This document shows, one piece after another, positions 49,860 through 57,730 of a DNA stretch of 57,730 bases; position 1 is the stretch's first letter; each line of letters opens with the position of its first letter. The DNA is from an uncultured Mycoplasma sp. (GTDB taxonomy: Bacteria; Bacillota_I; Bacilli_A; RF39; UBA660), in contig CAMMXG010000005.1 of assembly GCA_946500895.1 (NCBI GenBank), positions 1 to 57,730 on the forward strand. Direction: 5' to 3'. The translations under genes were made by a program, and so were the position numbers. The notes beneath the pieces were generated by a model. That model saw only the letters and a program-made list of their open reading frames with translations. It did no database searches and was not told the origin of the DNA.

Positions 49860-50522
49860 TTAAACCTCTAGTTTTCCTTTGGTGATTTTTAAGACTTCAT
49901 CAGCATATTTTTTTATTTCTTCACTATGGGTTACTATAATGACACATTTTCCTTTTTTAGCTAAATCTTTTAGGGTTTCAAATACTAATTTTTCGTTTTC
50001 TTCATCTAAGTTGCCAGTTGGTTCATCGGCTAGAATAATTTCGGGATTATTAGCTAGGCTTCTGGCAATCGCAACTCTTTGTTGTTCACCACCACTCATT
50101 TCTTTTGGGAAGTGGTTTATTCTATCTTTTAGGCCTAAATCAGTTAATAATTTTATGTCTTTTTCTTTTCTTTCTTCTTTTTTAATTTCCTTATTAATTA
50201 ACATTGGTAACATGACATTTTCGTAAGCTTTTAAATGTTCATCTAAATAAAAATCTTGAAAAACGAAACCAATATATTTCATTCTTAAATTAGATAGTTC
50301 GTCATCTTTTAATTTGCTTATATCTTTTTTTTCAATTGTTATTTTTCCGCTAGTATATGTTTCAATTAAACCTAAAATAGATATTAGTGTGGATTTGCCT
50401 GAACCACTATGTCCCATGATGGCATATAAATTTCCTGGTTTGAATTCAAATGATACATTATCTAAAGCTCTTACTTCATCATTTTTGGTTTTATAAACCT
50501 TACAAACATTTTCAATATTCAT
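49860..50522 (-). CDS. LolD/MacB-type ABC ATP-binding protein
   Basis: [26 protein letters not shown]. Confidence 0.93.
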   Translation of the reverse strand: MNIENVCKVYKTKNDEVRALDNVSFEFKPGNLYAIMGHSGSGKSTLISILGLIETYTSGKITIEKKDISKLKDDELSNLRMKYIGFVFQDFYLDEHLKAYENVMLPMLINKEIKKEERKEKDIKLLTDLGLKDRINHFPKEMSGGEQQRVAIARSLANNPEIILADEPTGNLDEENEKLVFETLKDLAKKGKCVIIVTHSEEIKKYADEVLKITKGKLEV

Positions 50523-50649
50523 AACTCTACTCCTATCTTTACACTTATTATAACATCTTTATATGCAAAAAAATAGAACTTTTGGCAACCTTTGTCGAAC
50601 GTGTTTAAAATTAATTTTTTTTGTACTATATTAAAGTAGCAAAGGAGAA

Positions 50650-50988
50650 GTGGATATGTTGAAAGTAGACATGGAGTACGAGAAAGGAATTTTATATGTT
50701 AGATTAAAAGGGGTACTTGATAGAAAAGTGTGCTATAAGATTAATAATTATGTTGTTCCAGTTGTTTTAAAACATAAAGTTAAATATTTGGTATTTAATT
50801 TGTATGAATTAGAGGGAATTGATGAGTCTGGTATGGATGCACTTCTTAATACAAAGTGTGCGATTAGAACCAATAAGGGTAAGATTTGCTTGTGCGAAGT
50901 TAGCGATTTTTTAAGAGAAAAAATGAAAAGGCTTAGAATGAGAGTAGCTAGTAATGAACTTGCTGCTTACCATTTAATTAATATTTAA
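50650..50988 (+). CDS. STAS-domain anti-anti-sigma factor (SpoIIAA-like)
   Basis: VRLKGVLD...IDESG. Confidence 0.75.
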   Translation: MDMLKVDMEYEKGILYVRLKGVLDRKVCYKINNYVVPVVLKHKVKYLVFNLYELEGIDESGMDALLNTKCAIRTNKGKICLCEVSDFLREKMKRLRMRVASNELAAYHLINI

Positions 50989-51626
50989 TGACAACGAATG
51001 AATTAATTGATGCCCATATGGGTTTGATAAAAAAAATCGCTAACAAGTTTTATAATGTATCACGTGAAGATTTAATCCAAGTTGGGGTAATAGGGCTTTT
51101 AAAGGCTTATCAAAACTTTAAGTCTGGTGAAGCTAAATTTAGTACTTATGCTTATCCTTATATCTTTGGAGAAATGTATCAACTGGTAAATAGTAATAAA
51201 GATATTAAAGTTAGTAAAGAATTGCTTAAATTATATAAAGTAGTAGAAAAGACAAGATATGAACTTGCCCAACGACTTCATTATGTTCCAAGTGATAAAG
51301 AAGTGGCTCAGTTTTTAGAAATGGACTATGACTTGGTTCGAGAAGCAGTACTTTGTAGTAGTGCCATGATATCTCTTGATGATGAGGCGAGTGAACTAAA
51401 TTTACATGAAGTTATCGCGGATAAACATCCGATAAATGTAGATTTGAAAATTGATATAGATGATAGTTTTAAGGTTTTAGATAGTTGCGAAAAAGAAATT
51501 ATTAAAGCACGTTATTATGATGATTTAACGCAAAGTGAAGTGGCAAAAAAACTTAATATGACACAAGTAATGGTTAGTCGTTATGAAAAAAAGAGCTTAG
51601 AAAAAATGAAAATGGCTTTAATGTGA
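50988..51626 (+). CDS. SigF/SigG/SigB-type sigma factor
   Basis: EDLIQVGVIGLLKA, FSTYA, TQSEVAKKLNMTQVMVSRYEKK. Confidence 0.85.
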   Translation: MTTNELIDAHMGLIKKIANKFYNVSREDLIQVGVIGLLKAYQNFKSGEAKFSTYAYPYIFGEMYQLVNSNKDIKVSKELLKLYKVVEKTRYELAQRLHYVPSDKEVAQFLEMDYDLVREAVLCSSAMISLDDEASELNLHEVIADKHPINVDLKIDIDDSFKVLDSCEKEIIKARYYDDLTQSEVAKKLNMTQVMVSRYEKKSLEKMKMALM

Positions 51627-51674
51627 TACTTTAGGTTTTCCTAAAGTATTTTTTGTGTTATAATGTATTTACTT

Positions 51675-51750
51675 GCTGAAATAGCTCAGTCGGTAGAGCA
51701 ACGCACTCGTAATGCGTAGGTCGAAGGTTCGATTCCTTTTTTCAGCACCA
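51675..51750 (+). tRNA. tRNA-Thr (CGT)
   Basis: GCTGAAA/TTTCAGC acceptor stem, ACGCA-CTCGTAA-TGCGT anticodon arm, CCA. Confidence 0.95.
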
Positions 51751-51970
51751 TTTTTTTGGCTTAAAATCGGGCATTTGCTCGTTTTTCTTTTAAATCTTTT
51801 TTAGTGAAAAATGTCTATTGTGTGTAAATCTTGTGTAAAAAACTCAGTTAGTGTTATTTGCTTCTTTGTATATTAATGTCTAATGAATGTTAAAGTGATT
51901 TTAATAAATTGACACTTTAACTTTTTTTGTGGTATGATGAAACTCCCACGCTTGAAAGGAGATTCATCTA

Positions 51971-52276
51971 GTGTTATTTTATTTTTATTTAATAAGTGTA
52001 GTTATTAGTATAGTCGTTATTCATATAACGACCATTTCTTTTCTAGAAAGGTTAAAAAAAGATAACATTTGTATTAGGGAAGAACATTCTTTTTTAGAAG
52101 AAGCTAAAGCGTTAGTTTTTACTTTCTTTTATGTTGTTGTGCCAGTTTATAATATAGTACATGATATTTATTTGCTTTGTTGTAATAATAGAATATATCA
52201 AAAAATTATTACAAGATTGTTTTTACAGGGAAAAGCTGATTTTGATGAAAGATTTTCAGAATTTATTAAAGAGTAA
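51971..52276 (+). CDS. Hypothetical small membrane protein
   Basis: AAAGGAGA RBS; two hydrophobic segments. Confidence 0.5.
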   Translation: MLFYFYLISVVISIVVIHITTISFLERLKKDNICIREEHSFLEEAKALVFTFFYVVVPVYNIVHDIYLLCCNNRIYQKIITRLFLQGKADFDERFSEFIKE

Positions 52277-52347
52277 AATATTTCTTTAAAAAAGATATAC
52301 TTCAATCATATTTTGTAGTATTATAGAATACAAGGGGGAAATGTTTT

Positions 52348-53025
52348 ATGAAACAATGTTTTTCTATATATTTTAATGGTACAGAAATACTACTTCCTAA
52401 AAAAGATATTCAGTTTATTGGAGATTTAGGTTTAGTTAAAGTTTGTTATGATGGTTTAATTGAAGATTGTTTTTATTGTGATTATTTAGTTGGGGTAGTT
52501 GATCGTAATTTTGATGAAGTTATTCCTCTTTTTCCAGTAAGCCAGTTAGGGAGAATGGAAATATTTGATGGTGGAGTTTTACTTTGTATTAATAAGGGAA
52601 TTACAGAAGATTTATACCGAGTATATCAAATTGAAAAAGTGAATGAAAAGGTTGTTAGGACTTCTTTGCCTTTTTTGTATTTTGTGCCAGTATCTAACAA
52701 TGTTTTTAAAGTTCAAATGGATGTTGATGGAAATATAGAGGAAGCTTTGTATGATGCTTCTAAAAAAGAGATTATTTCAAGTTGCTTTCATTTTATTGAT
52801 TCTTTTATTTATAATGAAAATCTAAAAGAAAAAGTTGCCGAGGCTAGTTATTTTCTTCCTTATAATGAAGAACAATTTAATCAAATTAAAACATATATTA
52901 ATTTAAAGGGAGAAATTGTGGCACCATATTTAGATTGTGATCAAAATAAGATTTATGATTCAAATATGGATATTCAAGAAATAGTTATGGCTGTCGCTCA
53001 AGATATGAAAGGAAAGAGTAGATAA
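52348..53025 (+). CDS. Hypothetical protein
   Basis: 225-aa ORF with RBS. Confidence 0.6.
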   Translation: MKQCFSIYFNGTEILLPKKDIQFIGDLGLVKVCYDGLIEDCFYCDYLVGVVDRNFDEVIPLFPVSQLGRMEIFDGGVLLCINKGITEDLYRVYQIEKVNEKVVRTSLPFLYFVPVSNNVFKVQMDVDGNIEEALYDASKKEIISSCFHFIDSFIYNENLKEKVAEASYFLPYNEEQFNQIKTYINLKGEIVAPYLDCDQNKIYDSNMDIQEIVMAVAQDMKGKSR

Positions 53026-54017
53026 TGAATGTTATTAAAAGAAGTACAATAGAATGGATTAACTTACTTTCAAGATTGCATGAACTTAAAATAAAATATG
53101 GCTATTCTTTATTTCATGACACTATTATTTGTTTGGATTGTTTAGAACATCAAAAAATGATGTCAATTGGTGTGAAATCCCAGTTGTTGGATTTATTAGT
53201 AGAACATGAAATTGATCATTTAAGTTTAATGAAATTGTTTTTAGTTAGAATAGAATCAATTTATAATTTAGAAAGTGTTATAGTGAAAATTAGAGAAGCG
53301 CAAACAAAATATGGATTAGATTCTATTGCTTTTGTTTTGGATGATCCTTTAGAAAATAAAGTAGTATCCACTTTTTATTCAAAGTATGGATATCAAAAAG
53401 CCTATTTTCCAAAGGATATTATTCCTTTTACACAAGTGGATTTTAAAGCCGGGGAAATGAAGTTTGTAGTAAATCCTTATACTGAATTTATTGTTGATAA
53501 AAAAGATAGGCAACAATTGGAACGGATCTTTTATACAAATGATTTTCGCTTTGGAAGTGAGTCTTTGCCTTTAAAGGCTGAGATGGATTATTATGATGCG
53601 GTTAAAGAGAAAAGATATTGGATGGATCATTTGATTTTTAATTTATCTTATTTAGGTAATTCTAATATAGAATTGTTAGTTCAGGATCCTAATATTCAAT
53701 ATTATGATGTAAGGCCAACAGATGTCTATGAAAATTACACTGTTTTAACTGATGGGTTAATTATGGATTCTAATGGTAGAGAATTAGTAAACAGAACAGG
53801 TTATTTTAGTGAAGTTGTAGTAAAAGATGCAGATGTGTTAATGATTTGTCAAATTAATCATGGTGAAATTACTAATATTAAACTTATTGTTCATCCTCTA
53901 TATTTTAAAGATTATATAAAAGAATTAGATGATAATAATGAAAAAGGAATCTTAGCTTCTGTTTTAGCAATGTTAGATAATACTAAAAGAAAAAGTATGA
54001 ATGGTTTATCTAGATAA
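53025..54017 (+). CDS. Hypothetical protein
   Basis: 330-aa ORF coupled to the previous gene. Confidence 0.6.
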   Translation: MNVIKRSTIEWINLLSRLHELKIKYGYSLFHDTIICLDCLEHQKMMSIGVKSQLLDLLVEHEIDHLSLMKLFLVRIESIYNLESVIVKIREAQTKYGLDSIAFVLDDPLENKVVSTFYSKYGYQKAYFPKDIIPFTQVDFKAGEMKFVVNPYTEFIVDKKDRQQLERIFYTNDFRFGSESLPLKAEMDYYDAVKEKRYWMDHLIFNLSYLGNSNIELLVQDPNIQYYDVRPTDVYENYTVLTDGLIMDSNGRELVNRTGYFSEVVVKDADVLMICQINHGEITNIKLIVHPLYFKDYIKELDDNNEKGILASVLAMLDNTKRKSMNGLSR

Positions 54018-54138
54018 AATATAGTTGATTTTTTTAAAACTCTATAATATAATAATCATGTAAGTTTTATCTCAGTTTAAATTTACTCCTTAAATTTTTA
54101 CTTGGATAAAACCGTTTAGAGAAAAAGGAGGAAAGTTT

Positions 54139-54408
54139 ATGGCAGTTACAAAAGAAGAAAAAGCTAAATTAATTAAAGAATTTGGTAAGAATGAAAAAGA
54201 TTGTGGTTCTGCAGAAGTACAAATTGCTATTCTTACTCATGAAATTAATGATTTAACTGAACATTTAAAAGTACATAAACATGACTATCATTCTAATCGT
54301 GGACTTTTAATGAAGGTTGGTAAAAGAAGGAAATTATTAGCTTATTTAAAAGAAAATGATGTTGTTAGTTATCGTAATGTTATTAAAAAATTAAATTTAA
54401 GAAAATAA
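54139..54408 (+). CDS. rpsO: 30S ribosomal protein S15
   Basis: [11 protein letters not shown]...[12 protein letters not shown]. Confidence 0.97.
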   Translation: MAVTKEEKAKLIKEFGKNEKDCGSAEVQIAILTHEINDLTEHLKVHKHDYHSNRGLLMKVGKRRKLLAYLKENDVVSYRNVIKKLNLRK

Positions 54409-54456
54409 GGGCACTAAAATTTTTAGTGTCTTTTTTTATAAAGAGAAGGAGCATAT

Positions 54457-56622
54457 ATGAAGAAAGTATTTAAATTAGATTTTTTAGGAAGAGATTTAGT
54501 CGTTGAAACTGGAGAGTTAGCTAAACAAGCAGATGGAGCAGTATTAGTACGTTATGGTGATACCGTTGTACTCTCTGTTTGTGTAATGGGAAAGACCGTA
54601 CCTAATCAAGACTTTTTTCCTCTTCAAGTTTTGTATCAAGAAAAACTTTATTCAGTAGGTAAAATACCGGGTGGTTTTATTAAAAGAGAGGGTAGACCTA
54701 GTGATGCGGCAACACTGGCAGCAAGATTAATTGATCGTCCAATTAGACCAATGTTTGATGAAAATTTAAGACAAGAAATTCAAGTTGTTAATACAGTATT
54801 ATCTGTGGATCCAGATAATTCACCAGAAATGGCAGCTTTATTTGGAACCAGTTTATGTTTGGGGATTTCCAAAATTCCTTTTGATGGTCCAGTAAGTGGT
54901 GTTATTGTTGGTAAAGTGGATGGTAAACTTGTAATTAATCCAACTGCTGAACAAGTGGAAGCTAGTACTCTTTCTTTAACTGTTGCTGGCACACATGATG
55001 CTATTTGTATGGTTGAGGCCGGAGCACAAGAGTTAAGTGAGAAAGAAATGCTTGAGGCTTTGATGTTTGGTCATGAAAATTTAAAAGCATTATGTGATTT
55101 TCAGCAAAAGATCATTGATGAAATTGGTGAGGAAAAAGTGGAACTTCCAAAAGCAGAACTTGATCCAGAAGTTGAGAGGTCAGTAAGAGAATTTGCAACA
55201 AAAGATATGCTTGCTGCTATTCAAATTAAAGATAAGTTAGAAAAATATGCAGCCATAGATGATGTAATGGCAAGAACTGTTGAAAATTTTACGGAAGTTT
55301 ATGCTGAAGACGAAGATGCTGAAGAAAAATTAAAACAAGTTGAGAAAATTGTGCATATGATTGAAGGCGAAGAAGTAAGAAAATTAATTACAGATAAACA
55401 TATTCGTCCCGATGGAAGAAAAATGGATAAAATTAGACCTTTATCTTGTGAAATTGACCTTCTTCCACGTACTCATGGTTCAGCAGTATTCACAAGAGGC
55501 GAAACTCAATCTTTAGCTACAACTACTTTAGGAGCAATTGGTGAACATCAAGTTTTAGATGGACTTGGGCTTGAAGATTCTAAAAGATTTATGTTACATT
55601 ATAATTTCCCAGCTTTCTCTGTTGGTGAGACGGGTCGCTATGGGGCTCCTGGTAGAAGAGAAATTGGCCATGGAGCTTTAGGTGAGAGAGCGCTTGCACA
55701 AGTAATCCCTAGCGAAGAAGAATTTCCTTATACTATTCGTGTTGTTAGCGAAATATTAGAATCAAACGGAAGTAGTAGTCAAGCAACAATTTGTGCAGGC
55801 TGTTTAAGTTTAATGGCGGCAGGTGTACCAATTAAAGCACCAGTTGCTGGTATTGCTATGGGACTTATTGAATCACAGGATAAAAAGAAACATACCATAC
55901 TTACAGATATTCAAGGACTTGAAGACCATATGGGAGATATGGATTTTAAAGTGGCAGGTACACGTAAAGGTATTACAGCATTACAAATGGATATTAAGAT
56001 TAAAGGTGTTACGGAAAAGATTTTAAAAGAAGCTTTGGCTCAAGCAAAAAAAGCTAGACTTGAAATTCTTGATGTTATGGCAGACTGCATTCCAGAGCCT
56101 CGTAAGAGTTTATCAAAATACGCACCTAAGATTGATACATTTAAAATTAATCCTGATAAAATTAAAGATGTTATTGGTCGCGGTGGGGATATGATTACCA
56201 AAATTATTTTGGAAGCTAGTAACGTTAAGAGTGTTAATGATAAAGATGCAGTTAAAGTTGATTTAGAAGATGATGGTAGAGTTATTATTTATCACACTGA
56301 TGCGAGCATTATTGCTAAGACAAGAGCAATGATTGAAGATGTGGCAAGAGAAGTTGAAGAAGGTGCTATTTATACTGGAAAAGTTGTTAAGGTAGAAGAC
56401 TTTGGATGCTTTGTAGAGTTATGGCCTGGATGTGAGGGATTAGTACATGTATCAGAACTTGATACAAAAAGAGTTGATAAACCTAAAGATATTGTTAGTG
56501 TTGGTGATAAAATACTCGTTAAAGCTTTAGGATATGATAATAGGGGCAGACTTAATTTATCAAGAAAACAAGCTTTACCTAAACCAGATAAAAAAGAAGA
56601 TAAAAAGAGTAAGAAAAAATAA
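54457..56622 (+). CDS. pnp: Polyribonucleotide nucleotidyltransferase
   Basis: [25 protein letters not shown]; KH and S1 domains. Confidence 0.97.
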   Translation: MKKVFKLDFLGRDLVVETGELAKQADGAVLVRYGDTVVLSVCVMGKTVPNQDFFPLQVLYQEKLYSVGKIPGGFIKREGRPSDAATLAARLIDRPIRPMFDENLRQEIQVVNTVLSVDPDNSPEMAALFGTSLCLGISKIPFDGPVSGVIVGKVDGKLVINPTAEQVEASTLSLTVAGTHDAICMVEAGAQELSEKEMLEALMFGHENLKALCDFQQKIIDEIGEEKVELPKAELDPEVERSVREFATKDMLAAIQIKDKLEKYAAIDDVMARTVENFTEVYAEDEDAEEKLKQVEKIVHMIEGEEVRKLITDKHIRPDGRKMDKIRPLSCEIDLLPRTHGSAVFTRGETQSLATTTLGAIGEHQVLDGLGLEDSKRFMLHYNFPAFSVGETGRYGAPGRREIGHGALGERALAQVIPSEEEFPYTIRVVSEILESNGSSSQATICAGCLSLMAAGVPIKAPVAGIAMGLIESQDKKKHTILTDIQGLEDHMGDMDFKVAGTRKGITALQMDIKIKGVTEKILKEALAQAKKARLEILDVMADCIPEPRKSLSKYAPKIDTFKINPDKIKDVIGRGGDMITKIILEASNVKSVNDKDAVKVDLEDDGRVIIYHTDASIIAKTRAMIEDVAREVEEGAIYTGKVVKVEDFGCFVELWPGCEGLVHVSELDTKRVDKPKDIVSVGDKILVKALGYDNRGRLNLSRKQALPKPDKKEDKKSKKK

Positions 56623-56643
56623 GCAATTTTGAGCTTATTTTTT
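56614..56643 (+). terminator. pnp intrinsic terminator (intron insertion site)
   Basis: AAAAAATAAGC...GCTTATTTTTT hairpin. Confidence 0.7.
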
Positions 56644-56647
56644 CTGT

Positions 56648-57730
56648 GTGTGCCGTGCATGGCATATAGCTAGAGGGTGAAAGACCCTTACACGCGTAGG
56701 TATCGACGAAGTGTTAGAGAAGCACAACGCATCAACAGTGATGTTGGGGCTAAAGGAAGTGTGGAACAAAATCATGAACCAACGAATAGAAACTTACTAT
56801 AAGGCTACATAAACGGATAAGGTTGCACAACAAACTAAAGTCCAAAAGATACCCGTAACTTTGTGTGGTAGAGTAAGTGGTTAAATGAGGAAAGTTATAT
56901 GTCTTACCACGGGAGGTCTTACGAACGAATAAGTACAAAACTTTTAATACAAGAATTGTTAAGATCGGTCGAAAAAGGTTTATCGTAAGAAGTCAGCCGA
57001 GGTCATAGTACTAGTGAGTTACTAGGAAGGACTGAACAATTTATAGTGTTTCAAACACTAAAATCAATTAAGTGTAAAATCAAAATAAATACGTAGGAAA
57101 AGTTGGCGTATCCAAGTAATAACCCTTATAAAAGATGTTTCACTTAATTATGAAATTAGAAAGGAGAAACGAGTATGGAATTACTAGAAAAAATATTAGA
57201 TGACAAAAATCTATATAATGCTTATAAGCAGGTTTACAAAAATAAAGGAGCTAGTGGAGTAGATGGAGTAACTGTCGAAGAACTAGGAGTTTATTTATTT
57301 CAGCATAAAGAAGAAATAAAAGAACAAATAAGAAATTTAAAATATAAACCTAGACCCGTAAGAAGAGTTGAAATACCAAAAGAAAATGGTAAAAAGAGAA
57401 AACTGGGAATACCAACAGTAATAGACAGAGTAATACAACAAGCGATAGTACAAGTAATTACTCCATTATTCGAACCACAATCTAGCGAAACTAGTTATGG
57501 TTTTAGACTAGGTAGAAGTTGTGAGATGGCAATAATAAAAGCATTAGAATACTTCAATGATGGGTATGACTGGATAGTAGATATAGACTTACAAGCATTC
57601 TTCGATAATGTAAACCAAGATAAATTAATAGGCATTATAAGAAGAACCATTAAAGATGGAAGAGTGGTGTCATTGATAAGAAAATATCTAGTAAGTGGTG
57701 TAATGATAAATGGAGTAGTACAACCTACAA
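56648..57730 (+). mobile_element. Group II intron, class IIC-like, 3' part beyond the window
   Basis: 5' end GTGTGCCGTGCATGG just after a terminator; GGGTGAAAGACCC; AGAAGTCAGCCGAGGTCATAGTA...GAAGGACTGAA; RT ORF follows. Confidence 0.9.
57175..57730 (+). CDS. ltrA: Group II intron RT/maturase, 3'-truncated (absent from ORF track)
   Basis: MELLEKIL...NKGASGVDG...VRRVEIPK.NG..RKLGIPTVIDRVIQQA...SYGFR...VDIDL..FFDNV. Confidence 0.93.
   Translation, partial: MELLEKILDDKNLYNAYKQVYKNKGASGVDGVTVEELGVYLFQHKEEIKEQIRNLKYKPRPVRRVEIPKENGKKRKLGIPTVIDRVIQQAIVQVITPLFEPQSSETSYGFRLGRSCEMAIIKALEYFNDGYDWIVDIDLQAFFDNVNQDKLIGIIRRTIKDGRVVSLIRKYLVSGVMINGVVQPT

Noticed and set aside
51056-51071. parS-like TGTATCACGTGAAGAT
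   Set aside because: Four mismatches to TGTTNCACGTGAAACA, inside a coding region.
1955-56938. Many short antisense or nested ORFs in the track (for example 1955-2146, 18999-19361, 35008-35379, 56750-56938)
   Set aside because: They overlap well-supported genes or intron RNA and show no motifs or RBS.
57175-57730. The intron RT as the DGR RT
   Set aside because: It is a typical group II intron maturase embedded in intron RNA.

Overview
Low-GC Firmicute chromosome segment with the standard genetic code. The gene set suggests a reduced gut Bacilli lineage such as RF39/UBA660, which is an inference. It has four parts. (1) About 1-11 kb is an accessory island: XRE regulator, zinc-ribbon/PD-(D/E)xK/NUMOD1 protein, a retron-type RT preceded by a ~470-nt structured RNA that encloses a small 2-TM ORF with a hairpin-buried RBS, TnpV, a possible att site, a frameshifted DUF3883 gene and a four-gene GHKL-ATPase module. 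(2) About 11-26.5 kb holds ordinary metabolic and envelope genes. (3) About 26.5-31.3 kb is the most unusual locus: three ~260-nt units, each with a promoter-like motif, a different AAC-rich DGR-like template repeat (TR) and a near-identical structured tail. They alternate with two DUF1016/YhcG PD-(D/E)xK nuclease genes and are followed by an HTH regulator and a target gene with a C-terminal variable repeat (VR). No DGR RT or Avd is in the window, and the VR is not an adenine-only derivative of any local TR. (4) About 31.4-57.7 kb is largely core: parA/parB, ychF, tRNA-Gly, rpsF-ssb-rpsR, an Rpn gene with a duplicated C-terminal module, an ABC exporter, a STAS-sigma pair, tRNA-Thr, rpsO-pnp, and a class IIC-like group II intron running off the window end. 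All family calls come from motif recognition by eye; no searches or folding programs were run.
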